From NCBI GenBank assembly GCA_964016885.1, contig OZ024763.1, forward strand, positions 23,188,001 to 23,252,000: 64,000 bases of DNA, given 5' to 3'. A program made the position numbers and the translations under genes. Positions 15,001-30,090 of this stretch are shown in pieces (positions within the stretch are counted from its first letter, which is position 1; every line of letters starts with the position of its first letter). Below the pieces are notes generated by a model that was not told the origin of the DNA, did no database searches, and saw nothing but the letters and a program-made list of their open reading frames with translations. The DNA comes from Eledone cirrhosa. Lineage: Eukaryota.

Positions 15001-18000
15001 TAGTATAGGTCAACTGGGAAATTATAACACACATAACCCTATCAGTGAAGCCCTTTAGTATAGGTGAACTGGGAAATTATAACATACTAACCCCATCAGT
15101 GAAGCCCTTTAGTATAGGTCAACTGGGAAATTATAACATACATAACCCTATCAGTAAAGCCGTTTAGTATAGGTGAACTGAGAAATTATAACACACATAA
15201 CCCCATCAGTGAAGCCCTTTAGTATAGGTCAACTGGGAAATTATAACACACATAACCCCATCAGTGAAGCCCTTTAGTATAGGTGAACTGGGAAATTATA
15301 ACACACATAACCCCATCAGTGAAGCCCTTTAGTATAGGTCAACTGGGAAATTATAACATACATAACCCTATCAGTAAAGCCATTTAGTATAGGTCAACTG
15401 GGAAATTATAACATACATAACCCCATCAGTGAAGCCCTTTAGTATAGGTGAACTGGGAAATTATAACATACATAACCCTATCAGTGAAGCCCTTTAGTAT
15501 AGGTCAACTGGGAAATTATAACACACATAACCCTATCAGTAAAGCCCTTTAGTATAGGTCAACTGGGAAATTATAACACATGACCCTATCAGTGAAGCCC
15601 TTTAGTATAGGTCAACTGGGAAATTATAACACACATAACCCTATCAGTAAAGTCCTTTAGTATAGGTCAACTAGGAAATTATAACACACATAACCCCATC
15701 AGTGAAGCCCTTCAGTATAGGTCAACTGGGAAATTATAACACACATAACCCCATCAGTGAAGCCCTTTAGTATAGGTGAACTGGAAAATTATAACACACA
15801 TAACCCCATCAGTGAAGCCCTTTAGTATAGGTGAACTGGGAAATTCTAACACACATAACCCCATCAGTGAAGCCCTCTAGTATAGGTCAACTGGGAAATT
15901 ATAACACACATAACCCTATCAGTGAAGCCCTTTAGTATAGGTCAACTGGGAAATTATAACATACATAACCCTATCAGTGAAGCCCTTTAGTATAGGTTAA
16001 CTTGGAAATTATAACACACATAACCCTATCAGTGAAGCCCTTCAGTATAGGTCAACTGGGAAATTATAACATACATAACCCTATCAGAAAAACCCTTTAG
16101 TATAGGTCAACTGGGAAATTTATAACACATAACCCTATCAGTGAAGCCCTTTAGTATAGGTCAACTGGGAAATTATAACATACATAACCCTATCAGTAAA
16201 GCCCTTTAGTATAGGTCAACTGGGAAATTATAACACATAACCCTATCAGTGAAGCCCTTTAGTATAGGTCAACTGGGAAATTATAACACACATAACCCTA
16301 TCAGTAAAGCCCTTTAGTATAGGTCAACTGGGAAATTATAACATACTAACCCCATCAGTGAAGCCCTTTAGTATAGGTCAACTGGGAAATTATAACACAT
16401 AACCCTATCAGTGAAGCCCTTTAGTATAGGTCAACTGGGAAATTATAACACACATAACCCTATCAGTGAAGCCCTTTAGTATAGGTCAACTGGGAAATTA
16501 TAACACACATAACCCCATCAGTGAAGCCCTTCAGTATAGGTCAACTGGGAAATTATAACACACATAACCCCATCAGTGAAGCCCTTTAGTATAGGTCAAC
16601 TGGGAAATTATAACATACTAACCCCATCAGTGAAGCCCTTTAGTATAGGTGAACTGGGAAATTATAACATACTAACCCCATCAGTGAAGCCCTTTAGTAT
16701 AGGTCAACTGGGAAATTATAACATACATAACCCTATCAGTGAAGCCCTTTAGTATAGGTCAACTGGGAAATTACAACACACATAACCCCATCAGTGAAGC
16801 CCTTTAGTATAGGTCAACTGGGAAATTATAACACACATAACCCCTTCAGTGAAGCCCTTTAGTATAGGTCAACTGGAAATTATGACACACATAACCCTAT
16901 CAGTGAAGCCCTTTAGTATAGGTCAACTGGGAAATTATGACATACATAACCCTATCAGTGAAGCCCTTTAGTATAGGTCAACTGGGAAATTATAACACAC
17001 GTAACCCAATCAGTGAAGCCCTTTAGTATAGGTCAACTGGGAAATTATAACACACATAACCCCATCAGTGAAACCCTTTAGTATAGGTCAACTGGGAAAT
17101 TATAACACACATAACCCCATCAGTGAAGCCCTTTAGTATAGGTCAACTGGGAAATTATAACACACATAACCCCATCAGTGAAGCCCTTTAGTATAGGTCA
17201 ACTGGGAAATTATAACACACATAACCCCATCAGTGAAGCCCTTTAGTATAGGTCAACTGGGAAATTATAACATACATAACCCCATCAATGAAGCCCTTTA
17301 GTATAGGTCAACTGGGAAATTATAACACATAACCCCATCAGTGAAGCCCTTTAGTATAGGTCAACTGGGAAATTATAACATACATAACCCCATCAGTGAA
17401 GCCCTTTAGTATAGGTCAACTGGGAAATTATAACACACATAACCCTATCAGTGAAGCCCTTTAGTATAGGTGAACTGGGAAATTATAACATACCAACCCC
17501 ATCAGTGAAGCCCTTTAGTATAGGTGAACTGGGAAATTATAACATACGTAACCCTATCAGTGAAGCCCTTTAGTATAGGTGAACTGGGAAATGATAACAC
17601 ACATAACCCCATCAGTGAAGCCCTTTAGTATAGGTCAACTGGGAAATTATAACATACATAACCCCATCAGTGAAGCCCTTTAGTATAGGTCAACTGAGAA
17701 ATTATAACATACATAACCCTATCAGTGAAGCCCTTTAGTATAGGTCAACTGGGAAATTATAACACACATAACCCTATCAGTAAAGCCCTTTAGTATAGGT
17801 CAACTGGGAAATTATAACACATGACCCTATCAGTGAAGCCCTTTAGTATAGGTCAACTGGGAAATTATAACACACATAACCCTATCAGTAAAGCCCTTAA
17901 GTATAGGTCAACTAGGAAATTATAACACACATAACCCCATCAGTGAAGCCCTTCAGTATAGGTCAACTGGGAAATTATAACACACATAACCCCATCAGTG

Positions 18001-21000
18001 AAGCCCTTTAGTATAGGTGAACTGGAAAATTATAACACACATAACCCCATCAGTGAAGCCCTTTAGTATAGGTCAACTGGGAAATTATAACACACATAAC
18101 CCCATCAGTGAAGCCCTTTAGTATAGGTCAACTGGGAAATTATAAAACACATAACCCCATCAGTGAAGCCCTTTAGTATAGGTCAACTGGGAAATTATAA
18201 CATACATAACCCCATCAGTGAAGCCCTTTAGTATAGGTCAACTGGGAAATTATAACATACATAACCCCATCAGTGAAGCCCTTTAGTATAGGTCAACTGG
18301 GAAATTATAACACACATAACCCCATCAGTGAAGCCCTTTAGTATAGGTCAACTGGGAAAGTATAACATACATAACCCCATCAGTGAAGCCCTTTAGTATA
18401 GGTCAACTGGGAAATTATAACACACATAACCCTATCAGTGAAGCCCTTTAGTATAGGTCAACTGGGAAATTATAACACACATAACCCCATCAGTGAAGCC
18501 CTTTAGTATAGGTCAACTGCGAAATTATAACACACATAACCCTATCAGTGAAGCCCTTTAGTATAGGTCAACTGGGAAATTATAACATACTAACCCCATC
18601 AGTGAAGCCCTTTAGTATAGGTCAACTGGGAAATTATAACATACTTAACCCTATCAGTAAAGCCCTTTAGTATATGTCATCTGGGAAATTATAACGTACA
18701 TAACCGTATCAGTAAAGCCCTTTAGTATAGGTCAACTGGGAAATTATAACACATAACCCTATCAGTGAAGCCCTTTAGTATAGGTCAACTGGGAAATTAT
18801 AACACACATAACCCTATCAGTGAAGCCCTTTAGTATAGGTCAACTGGGAAATTATAACACATATAAACCTATCAGTGAAGCCCTTCAGTATAGGTCAACT
18901 GGGAAATTATAACACACATAACCCTATCAGTGAAGCCCTTTAATATAGGTCAACTGGGAAATTATAACACACATAACCCTATCAGTGAAGCCCTTTAATA
19001 TAGGTCAACTGGGAAATTATAACACACATAACCCTATCAGAAAAGCCCTTTAGTATAGGTCAACTGGGAAATTATAACACATAACCCTATCAGTGAAGCC
19101 CTTTAGTATAGGTCAACTGGGAAATTATAACACACATAACCCTATCAGTGAAGCCCTTTAGTATAGGTCAACTGGGAAATTATAACATACATAACACTAT
19201 CAGTAAAGCCCTTTAGTATAGGTCAACTGGGAAATTATAACACACATAACCCTATCAGTAAAGCCCTTTAGTATAGGTCAACTAGGAAATTATAACACAC
19301 ATAACCCCATCAGTAAAGCCCTTCAGTATAGGTCAACTGGGAAATTATAACACACATAACCCCATCAGTGAAGCCCTTTAGTATAGGTGAACTGGGAAAT
19401 TATAACATACATAACCCTATCAGTGAAGCCCTTTAGTATAGGTTAACTTGGAAATTATAACACACATAACCCTATCAGTGAAGCTCTTTAGTATAGGTCA
19501 AATGGGAAATTATAACACACATAACCCCATCAGTGAAGCCCTTTAGTATAGGTCAACTGCGAAATTATAACACACATAACCCTATCAGTGAAGCCCTTTA
19601 GTATAGGTGAACTGGGAAATTATAACGTACTAACCCCATCAGTGAAGCCCTTTAGTATAGGTCAACTGGGAAATTATAACATACATAACCCTATCAGTAA
19701 AGCCCTTTAGTATATGTCAACTGGGAAATTATAACGTACATAACCGTATCAGTAAAGCCCTTTAGTATAGGTCAACTGGGAAATTATAACACATAACCCT
19801 ATCAGCGAAGCCCTTTAGTATAGGTCAACTGGGAAATTATAACATACATAACCCCATCAGTGAAGCCCTTTAGTATAGGTCAACTGGGAAATTATAACAC
19901 ACATAACCCCATCAGTGAAGCCCTTTAGTATAGGTCAACTGGGAAATTATAACATACATAACCCTATCAGTGAAGCCCTTTAGTATAGGTCAACTGGGAA
20001 ATTACAACACACATAACCCCATCAGTGAAGCCCTTTAGTATAGGTCAACTGGGAAATTATAACACACATAATCCCATCAGTGAAGCCCTTTAGAATAGGT
20101 CAACTGGGAAATTATAACATACATAACCCCATCAGTGAAGCCCTTTAGTATAGGTCAACTGGGAAATTATGACATACATAACCCTATCAGTGAAGCCCTT
20201 TAGTATAGGTCAACTGGGAAATTATAACATACATAACCCTATCAGTGAAGCCCTTTAGTATAGGTCAACTGGGAAATTATAACACACATAACCCCATCAG
20301 TGAAGCCCTTTAGTATAGGTCAACTGGGAAATTATATCACATAACCCTATCAGTGAAGCCCTTTAGAATAGGTCAACTGGGAAATTATAACATACATAAC
20401 CCCATCAGTGAAGCCCTTTAGTATAGGTCAACTGGGAAATTATGACATACATAACCCTATCAGTGAAGCCCTTTAGTATAGGTCAACTGGGAAATTATAA
20501 CACATAACCCTATCAGTGAAGCCCTTTAGTATAGGTCAACTGGGAAATTATAACACACATAACCCTATCAGTAAAGCCCTTTAGTATAGGTCAACTGGGA
20601 AATTATAACATACTAACCCCATCAGTGAAGCCCTTTAGTATAGGTCAACTGGGAAATTATAACACATAACCCTATCAGTGAAGCCCTTTAGTATAGGTCA
20701 ACTGGGAAATTATAACACACATAACCCTATCAGTGAAGCCCTTTAGTATAGGTCAACTGGGAAATTATAACACACATAACCCCATCAGTGAAGCCCTTCA
20801 GTATAGGTCAACTGGGAAATTATAACACACATAACCCCATCAGTGAAGCCCTTTAGTATAGGTCAACTGGGAAATTATAACATACTAACCCCATCAGTGA
20901 AGCCCTTTAGTATAGGTGAACTGGGAAATTATAACATACTAACCCCATCAGTGAAGCCCTTTAGTATAGGTCAACTGGGAAATTATAACATACATAACCC

Positions 21001-24000
21001 TATCAGTGAAGCCCTTTAGTATAGGTCAACTGGGAAATTACAACACACATAACCCCATCAGTGAAGCCCTTTAGTATAGGTCAACTGGGAAATTATAACA
21101 CACATAACCCCTTCAGTGAAGCCCTTTAGTATAGGTCAACTGGAAATTATGACACACATAACCCTATCAGTGAAGCCCTTTAGTATAGGTCAACTGGGAA
21201 ATTATGACATACATAACCCTATCAGTGAAGCCCTTTAGTATAGGTCAACTGGGAAATTATAACACACGTAACCCAATCAGTGAAGCCCTTTAGTATAGGT
21301 CAACTGGGAAATTATAACACACATAACCCCATCAGTGAAACCCTTTAGTATAGGTCAACTGGGAAATTATAACACACATAACCCCATCAGTGAAGCCCTT
21401 TAGTATAGGTCAACTGGGAAATTATAACACACATAACCCCATCAGTGAAGCCCTTTAGTATAGGTCAACTGGGAAATTATAACACACATAACCCCATCAG
21501 TGAAGCCCTTTAGTATAGGTCAACTGGGAAATTATAACATACATAACCCCATCAATGAAGCCCTTTAGTATAGGTCAACTGGGAAATTATAACACATAAC
21601 CCCATCAGTGAAGCCCTTTAGTATAGGTCAACTGGGAAATTATAACATACATAACCCCATCAGTGAAGCCCTTTAGTATAGGTCAACTGGGAAATTATAA
21701 CACACATAACCCTATCAGTGAAGCCCTTTAGTATAGGTGAACTGGGAAATTATAACATACCAACCCCATCAGTGAAGCCCTTTAGTATAGGTGAACTGGG
21801 AAATTATAACATACGTAACCCTATCAGTGAAGCCCTTTAGTATAGGTGAACTGGGAAATGATAACACACATAACCCCATCAGTGAAGCCCTTTAGTATAG
21901 GTCAACTGGGAAATTATAACATACATAACCCCATCAGTGAAGCCCTTTAGTATAGGTCAACTGAGAAATTATAACATACATAACCCTATCAGTGAAGCCC
22001 TTTAGTATAGGTCAACTGGGAAATTATAACACACATAACCCTATCAGTAAAGCCCTTTAGTATAGGTCAACTGGGAAATTATAACACATGACCCTATCAG
22101 TGAAGCCCTTTAGTATAGGTCAACTGGGAAATTATAACACACATAACCCTATCAGTAAAGCCCTTAAGTATAGGTCAACTAGGAAATTATAACACACATA
22201 ACCCCATCAGTGAAGCCCTTCAGTATAGGTCAACTGGGAAATTATAACACACATAACCCCATCAGTGAAGCCCTTTAGTATAGGTGAACTGGAAAATTAT
22301 AACACACATAACCCCATCAGTGAAGCCCTTTAGTATAGGTCAACTGGGAAATTATAACACACATAACCCCATCAGTGAAGCCCTTTAGTATAGGTCAACT
22401 GGGAAATTATAAAACACATAACCCCATCAGTGAAGCCCTTTAGTATAGGTCAACTGGGAAATTATAACATACATAACCCCATCAGTGAAGCCCTTTAGTA
22501 TAGGTCAACTGGGAAATTATAACATACATAACCCCATCAGTGAAGCCCTTTAGTATAGGTCAACTGGGAAATTATAACACACATAACCCCATCAGTGAAG
22601 CCCTTTAGTATAGGTCAACTGGGAAAGTATAACATACATAACCCCATCAGTGAAGCCCTTTAGTATAGGTCAACTGGGAAATTATAACACACATAACCCT
22701 ATCAGTGAAGCCCTTTAGTATAGGTCAACTGGGAAATTATAACACACATAACCCCATCAGTGAAGCCCTTTAGTATAGGTCAACTGCGAAATTATAACAC
22801 ACATAACCCTATCAGTGAAGCCCTTTAGTATAGGTCAACTGGGAAATTATAACATACTAACCCCATCAGTGAAGCCCTTTAGTATAGGTCAACTGGGAAA
22901 TTATAACATACTTAACCCTATCAGTAAAGCCCTTTAGTATATGTCATCTGGGAAATTATAACGTACATAACCGTATCAGTAAAGCCCTTTAGTATAGGTC
23001 AACTGGGAAATTATAACACATAACCCTATCAGTGAAGCCCTTTAGTATAGGTCAACTGGGAAATTATAACACACATAACCCTATCAGTGAAGCCCTTTAG
23101 TATAGGTCAACTGGGAAATTATAACACATATAAACCTATCAGTGAAGCCCTTCAGTATAGGTCAACTGGGAAATTATAACACACATAACCCTATCAGTGA
23201 AGCCCTTTAATATAGGTCAACTGGGAAATTATAACACACATAACCCTATCAGTGAAGCCCTTTAATATAGGTCAACTGGGAAATTATAACACACATAACC
23301 CTATCAGAAAAGCCCTTTAGTATAGGTCAACTGGGAAATTATAACACATAACCCTATCAGTGAAGCCCTTTAGTATAGGTCAACTGGGAAATTATAACAC
23401 ACATAACCCTATCAGTGAAGCCCTTTAGTATAGGTCAACTGGGAAATTATAACATACATAACACTATCAGTAAAGCCCTTTAGTATAGGTCAACTGGGAA
23501 ATTATAACACACATAACCCTATCAGTAAAGCCCTTTAGTATAGGTCAACTAGGAAATTATAACACACATAACCCCATCAGTAAAGCCCTTCAGTATAGGT
23601 CAACTGGGAAATTATAACACACATAACCCCATCAGTGAAGCCCTTTAGTATAGGTGAACTGGGAAATTATAACATACATAACCCTATCAGTGAAGCCCTT
23701 TAGTATAGGTTAACTTGGAAATTATAACACACATAACCCTATCAGTGAAGCTCTTTAGTATAGGTCAAATGGGAAATTATAACACACATAACCCCATCAG
23801 TGAAGCCCTTTAGTATAGGTCAACTGCGAAATTATAACACACATAACCCTATCAGTGAAGCCCTTTAGTATAGGTGAACTGGGAAATTATAACGTACTAA
23901 CCCCATCAGTGAAGCCCTTTAGTATAGGTCAACTGGGAAATTATAACATACATAACCCTATCAGTAAAGCCCTTTAGTATATGTCAACTGGGAAATTATA

Positions 24001-27000
24001 ACGTACATAACCGTATCAGTAAAGCCCTTTAGTATAGGTCAACTGGGAAATTATAACACATAACCCTATCAGCGAAGCCCTTTAGTATAGGTCAACTGGG
24101 AAATTATAACATACATAACCCCATCAGTGAAGCCCTTTAGTATAGGTCAACTGGGAAATTATAACACACATAACCCCATCAGTGAAGCCCTTTAGTATAG
24201 GTCAACTGGGAAATTATAACATACATAACCCTATCAGTGAAGCCCTTTAGTATAGGTCAACTGGGAAATTACAACACACATAACCCCATCAGTGAAGCCC
24301 TTTAGTATAGGTCAACTGGGAAATTATAACACACATAATCCCATCAGTGAAGCCCTTTAGAATAGGTCAACTGGGAAATTATAACATACATAACCCCATC
24401 AGTGAAGCCCTTTAGTATAGGTCAACTGGGAAATTATGACATACATAACCCTATCAGTGAAGCCCTTTAGTATAGGTCAACTGGGAAATTATAACATACA
24501 TAACCCTATCAGTGAAGCCCTTTAGTATAGGTCAACTGGGAAATTATAACACACATAACCCCATCAGTGAAGCCCTTTAGTATAGGTCAACTGGGAAATT
24601 ATATCACATAACCCTATCAGTGAAGCCCTTTAGTATAGGTCAACTGGGAAATTATAACACACATAACCCTATCAGTGAAGCCCTTTAGTATAGGTGAACT
24701 GGGAAATTATAACACATAACCCTATCAGTGAAGCCCTTTAGTATAGGTCAACTGGGAAATTATAACACACATAACCCCATCAGTAAATCCCTTTAGTATA
24801 GGTCAACTGGGAAATTATAACACACATAACCCTATCAGTGAAGCCCTTTAGTATAGGTCAACTGGGAAATTATAACACACATAACCCTATCAGTGAAGCC
24901 CTTTAGTATAGGTGAACTGGGAAATTATAACACATAACCCTATCAGTGAAGCCCTTTAATATAGGTCAACTGGGAAATTATAACACACATAACCTCATCA
25001 GTAAAGCCCTTTAGTATAGGTCAACTGGGAAATTATAACACACATAACCCTATCAGTGAAGCCCTTTAATATAGGTCAACTGGGAAATTATAACACACAT
25101 AACCCTATCAGAAAAACCCTTTAGTATAGGTCAACTGGGAAATTTATAACACATAACCCTATCAGTGAAGCCCTTTAGTATAGGTCAACTGGGAAATTAT
25201 AACATACATAACCCTATCAGTAAAGCCCTTTAGTATAGGTCAACTGGGAAATTATAACACATAACCCTATCAGTGAAGCCCTTTAGTATAGGTCAACTGG
25301 GAAATTATAACACACATAACCCTATCAGTAAAGCCCTTTAGTATAGGTCAACTGGGAAATTATAACATACTAACCCCATCAGTGAAGCCCTTTAGTATAG
25401 GTCAACTGGGAAATTATAACACATAACCCTATCAGTGAAGCCCTTTAGTATAGGTCAACTGGGAAATTATAACACACATAACCCTATCAGTGAAGCCCTT
25501 TAGTATAGGTCAACTGGGAAATTATAACACACATAACCCCATCAGTGAAGCCCTTCAGTATAGGTCAACTGGGAAATTATAACACACATAACCCCATCAG
25601 TGAAGCCCTTTAGTATAGGTCAACTGGGAAATTATAACATACTAACCCCATCAGTGAAGCCCTTTAGTATAGGTGAACTGGGAAATTATAACATACTAAC
25701 CCCATCAGTGAAGCCCTTTAGTATAGGTCAACTGGGAAATTATAACATACATAACCCTATCAGTGAAGCCCTTTAGTATAGGTCAACTGGGAAATTACAA
25801 CACACATAACCCCATCAGTGAAGCCCTTTAGTATAGGTCAACTGGGAAATTATAACACACATAATCCCATCAGTGAAGCCCTTTAGTATAGGTCAACTGG
25901 GAAATTATAACATACATAACCCCATCAGTGAAGCCCTTTAGTATAGGTCAACTGGGAAATTATAACACACATAACCCTATCAGTGAAGCCCTTTAGTATA
26001 GGTGAACTGGGAAATTATAACATACTAACCCCATCAGTGAAGCCCTTTAGTATAGGTCAACTGGGAAATTATAACATACATAACCCTATCAGTAAAGCCG
26101 TTTAGTATAGGTGAACTGAGAAATTATAACACACATAACCCCATCAGTGAAGCCCTTTAGTATAGGTCAACTGGGAAATTATAACACACATAACCCCATC
26201 AGTGAAGCCCTTTAGTATAGGTCAACTGGGAAATTATAACACACATAACCCCATCAGTGAAGCCCTTTAGTATAGGTCAACTGGGAAATTATAACATACA
26301 TAACCCTATCAGTAAAGCCATTTAGTATAGGTCAACTGGGAAATTATAACATACATAACCCCATCAGTGAAGCCCTTTAGTATAGGTGAACTGGGAAATT
26401 ATAACATACATAACCCTATCAGTGAAGCCCTTTAGTATAGGTCAACTGGGAAATTATAACACACATAACCCTATCAGTAAAGCCCTTTAGTATAGGTCAA
26501 CTGGGAAATTATAACACATGACCCTATCAGTGAAGCCCTTTAGTATAGGTCAACTGGGAAATTATAACACACATAACCCTATCAGTAAAGTCCTTTAGTA
26601 TAGGTCAACTAGGAAATTATAACACACATAACCCCATCAGTGAAGCCCTTCAGTATAGGTCAACTGGGAAATTATAACATACATAACCCCATCAGTGAAG
26701 CCCTTTAGTATAGGTGAACTGGGAAATTATAACATACATAACCCTATCAGTGAAGCCCTTTAGTATAGGTCAACTGGGAAATTATAACACACATAACCCT
26801 ATCAGTAAAGCCCTTTAGTATAGGTCAACTGGGAAATTATAACACATAACCCTATCAGTGAAGCCCTTTAGTATAGGTCAACTGGGAAATTATAACACAC
26901 ATAACCCTATCAGTAAAGTCCTTTAGTATAGGTCAACTAGGAAATTATAACACACATAACCCCATCAGTGAAGCCCTTTAGTATAGGTCAACTGGGAAAT

Positions 27001-27486
27001 TATAACACACATAACCCCATCAGTGAAGCCCTTTAGTATAGGTCAACTGGGAAATTATAACACACATAACCCTATCAGTGAAGCCCTTTAGTATAGGTCA
27101 ACTGGGAAATTATAACATACATAACCCTATCAGTGAAGCCCTTTAGTATAGGTTAACTTGGAAATTATAACACACATAACCCTATCAGTGAAGCCCTTCA
27201 GTATAGGTCAACTGGGAAATTATAACATACATAACCCTATCAGTGAAGCCCTTTAGTATAGGTCAACTGGGAAATTATAACACACATAACCCTATCAGTA
27301 AAGCCCTTTAGTATAGGTCAACTGGGAAATTATAACACATAACCCTATCAGTGAAGCCCTTTAGTATAGGTCAACTGGGAAATTATAACACACATAACCC
27401 CATCAGTGAAGCCCTTTAGTATAGGTCAACTGGGAAATTATAACACACATAACCCTATCAGTGAAGCCCTTTAGTATAGGTCAACT
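1..27486. repeat. 55-bp satellite array (~500 units; 53/54-bp variants), open at the window start
   Basis: Unit CATAACCCTATCAGTGAAGCCCTTTAGTATAGGTCAACTGGGAAATTATAACACA repeats head-to-tail and ends abruptly at ...GGTCAACT (27486). Confidence 0.99.
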
Positions 27487-28259
27487 AACAGAAAATTGTA
27501 TTACTACTGTGAAAAAAATTCTAAATAAGGTAAAAATGAAAAACAGTCATTGCTGACCTGTGGGCTGCCTATTGCATGCCTTTGTTTTAAAGGGTTATTT
27601 GAAAAGCAACGTGGAATATTGGGTCTTGCTCAAGAATACAATACACCACTTGGTCTCCCCACTAAAAAAAAAACTAACAGGTCTTTAATTCTTCAAACAG
27701 TCAGCCTTATGGATGACACAATCATTACATCCCGGTGTCATGTACAAGAACATAGGGCACCGTCTGGTATTACTGGCAATTGACCCCACAAAACCCACAA
27801 CATTACGTGATTCATGCCACATTATATTGCACTTCAGCCCTCATGGTGCATTAGTGAATCTCCACCACCACCACCTCAATGGCAATGCAAATTCATTCAT
27901 GAAGACAGCCAGCGCTCGACATAGCTATTAAAAAGAGAGAAAGAGATAGAGAGATAGAGAGAGAGAAAGAGAGTAAGAGTGTGTGTGTGGGTGAGAGTGA
28001 GTAAAAGAGAGTGTGTGTGTGTAAGAGAGAGGAGGGTTTTAAATCATGAAAACGTTTTTCCAGCATGTATGTTCACATTTTGAATGAAAAACATTCAAGA
28101 AAATAGAAACACATAAAAAATGATTTAAAAAAAATATATATATAAAAAAAAATAAATATATAACTTCAAGAATTTATTTTTGTATTTTCAGGTTTTGTGA
28201 TATTTCAGCTAAGATTTCACGCCACGCTTTGTCATAACATGTGGTTTGATGTTAGTTGA

Positions 28260-28607
28260 TAATGTTTCTAGTTTAGGCACAAGGCTAGCAATTACCCCAG
28301 TACGTTACCGGAAATATATTTTATCAAACCCGGTAAGGATGTAAGGCAAAGTTAACCTCGGCGAGATTTGAACTCATAACTCTATGCTGCAAAGCATGGT
28401 GTCCGACCCTCTACCAATTCTGCAATAATAACAATAATTGTTTCTACTTTTGGCACAAGGCCAACAATTACCCCAGTGTATTACTGGTACTTTATTTTAT
28501 GGACCCCATAAGGATGAAAGGCAAAGTTAACCTCGGCAGGATTTGAACTCAGAACGGCAAGGGCCGTAACTCTATGCGTTAAAGCATTGCGTCCAACCCT
28601 CTACCAA
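28260..28607 (-). mobile_element. Two tandem degraded tRNA-derived SINEs (OK-like family, GCCTTTCATCC..GGGGTCGATAAA core)
   Basis: Reverse complement of TCTGAGTTCAAAT (B-box-like) plus the core and GGCCTTGTGCCTAAA..TAGAAACAATTATT tail shared with other copies in the window. Confidence 0.85.
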
Positions 28608-28854
28608 ATAATATATTTTAAACATTAAACTAGAAAAGAGAGACTAGAATTCTCTCTGCGGTTATGTTCCTGTGGGATTTTCACACCAAACATTTTACAA
28701 ATTGCATGAGAATAGCTTCTAGATTTTATGGCCATTATTTAGTGTATGTGTGTGTATATATGTGTGTGTGTATGTGTGTATATATAAATGAGTGTGTTTA
28801 TATGGTTAGGGAGGATTACAATCTTGTATGATTGCTACTTGCATCTCTGTGTGA

Positions 28855-28928
<74 letters not shown>

Positions 28929-29212
28929 CACACATATATATATATATGTGTCTGTGTGTGTATCTATATACATTTAAATATATATATATATATGTGTCTG
29001 TGTGTGTGTATATATATGTGTGTTTATATGTATGAATTGAGAGAGAAAGAGAACTAAATGAATCAACGGTTGTTTAAAGTGAGTCAGAATTGTCGAGTGT
29101 TTGGTTGGTTGAGACATCACATATGACTTCCATATCACGTGGTGGATTGAGGAGCAAGTCTGTATGACGGAACTAACACATTGTCATCACCATTATTATC
29201 ATTATTACAGAT

Positions 29213-29404
29213 TAGGTGGTGGATTGGCAGTATTGGTAGAGGGTCGGACGCCATGCTTTCCAGCATAGTTATGTCCCTTTATGATCTGAGTTCAAATCCC
29301 GCCGAGGTTGACTTTGCCTTTCATCCTTACGGGGTCGATAAAATAAAGTACCAGTAATGCACTGGGTAATTTCTGGCCTTGTGCCTAAAGTAGAAACAAT
29401 TATT
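29213..29404 (+). mobile_element. tRNA-derived SINE (OK-like family), near full length
   Basis: GGTGGTGGATTGGCAG...TCTGAGTTCAAATCCCGCCGAGG...GCCTTTCATCCTTACGGGGTCGATAAAATAAAGTACCAG...GTAGAAACAATTATT. Confidence 0.9.
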
Positions 29405-29469
29405 ACAGATTAGCAAGATAATTGGCAGAGCACCGGAAAACATGCTTCGTGACATTGCTCCTTGCGTAT

Positions 29470-29673
29470 GGCTACTCCATTCAATGGAAAGCCATCACTA
29501 AGTCCAAGCCATACGCAAGGGGCAATCCGCCGTGTGGACTATGTATTGATGAACGAATAAATATTCTAAAGAGATTAGGCAATAGTGATTGCCTAAATTT
29601 GAGAAATTAATTCTTCAAACGTTGTCCACACATCTGGAAACACCTCTTACATAACTACAAAGAACCGGATTGA
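29470..29673 (+). pseudogene. C-terminal GIY-YIG endonuclease fragment of a Penelope-like retroelement (Naiad/Neptune-like)
   Basis: YSIQWKAITKSKPY..CGLCIDERINIL..LNLRN*FFKRCPHIWKHLL fits the PLE pattern I.W.I....PY...C.LC..E...I....LN.R.E....C.H. One in-frame TAA. Confidence 0.8.
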
Positions 29674-29841
29674 ATTACAACAACATCCTAATTTTCTTAT
29701 CAACTATAAACTTTCGGATTTTCGCAGTTATCTCCCTTACACCTCTCGCACGCAATTTAGTATTGCCAGTGTGAAGTGATCGTTTCTGCACATGCGCATT
29801 CATACGGTTGTCCTTCCTGTTCCGTATAACCATGTCCATTA

Positions 29842-29879
29842 CGAGCTGAAGATCCGCTAAGGTGAAACAATTGTTCTCG
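29842..29879 (+). ncRNA. Minimal type I hammerhead ribozyme in the PLE 3' region (pLTR)
   Basis: cgag-CTGAAGA-tccgctaaggt-GAAA-caattg-TT-ctcg: 4-bp stem I, weak stem II, palindromic stem III. Confidence 0.75.
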
Positions 29880-30025
29880 GTATGGTGAACTAACTGTTGT
29901 GTTACCACTTCTACCTAACTCGTCCCATGGACTGAGTGCTCTATCACTATATATATATGTATATATATATATATTTCATTTCTGAATTTGTCTTATTGGC
30001 AACATGACCCTCCCAAAGCATAACA

Positions 30026-30080
<55 letters not shown>

Positions 30081-30090
30081 CATATATACA

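Noticed and set aside
1-27486. CCCTATCAGTGA in the satellite matches 12 bp of the tet operator (TCCCTATCAGTGATAGAGA)
   Set aside because: The second half-site is absent, natural variants disrupt the match, and there is no vector context. Treated as coincidence.
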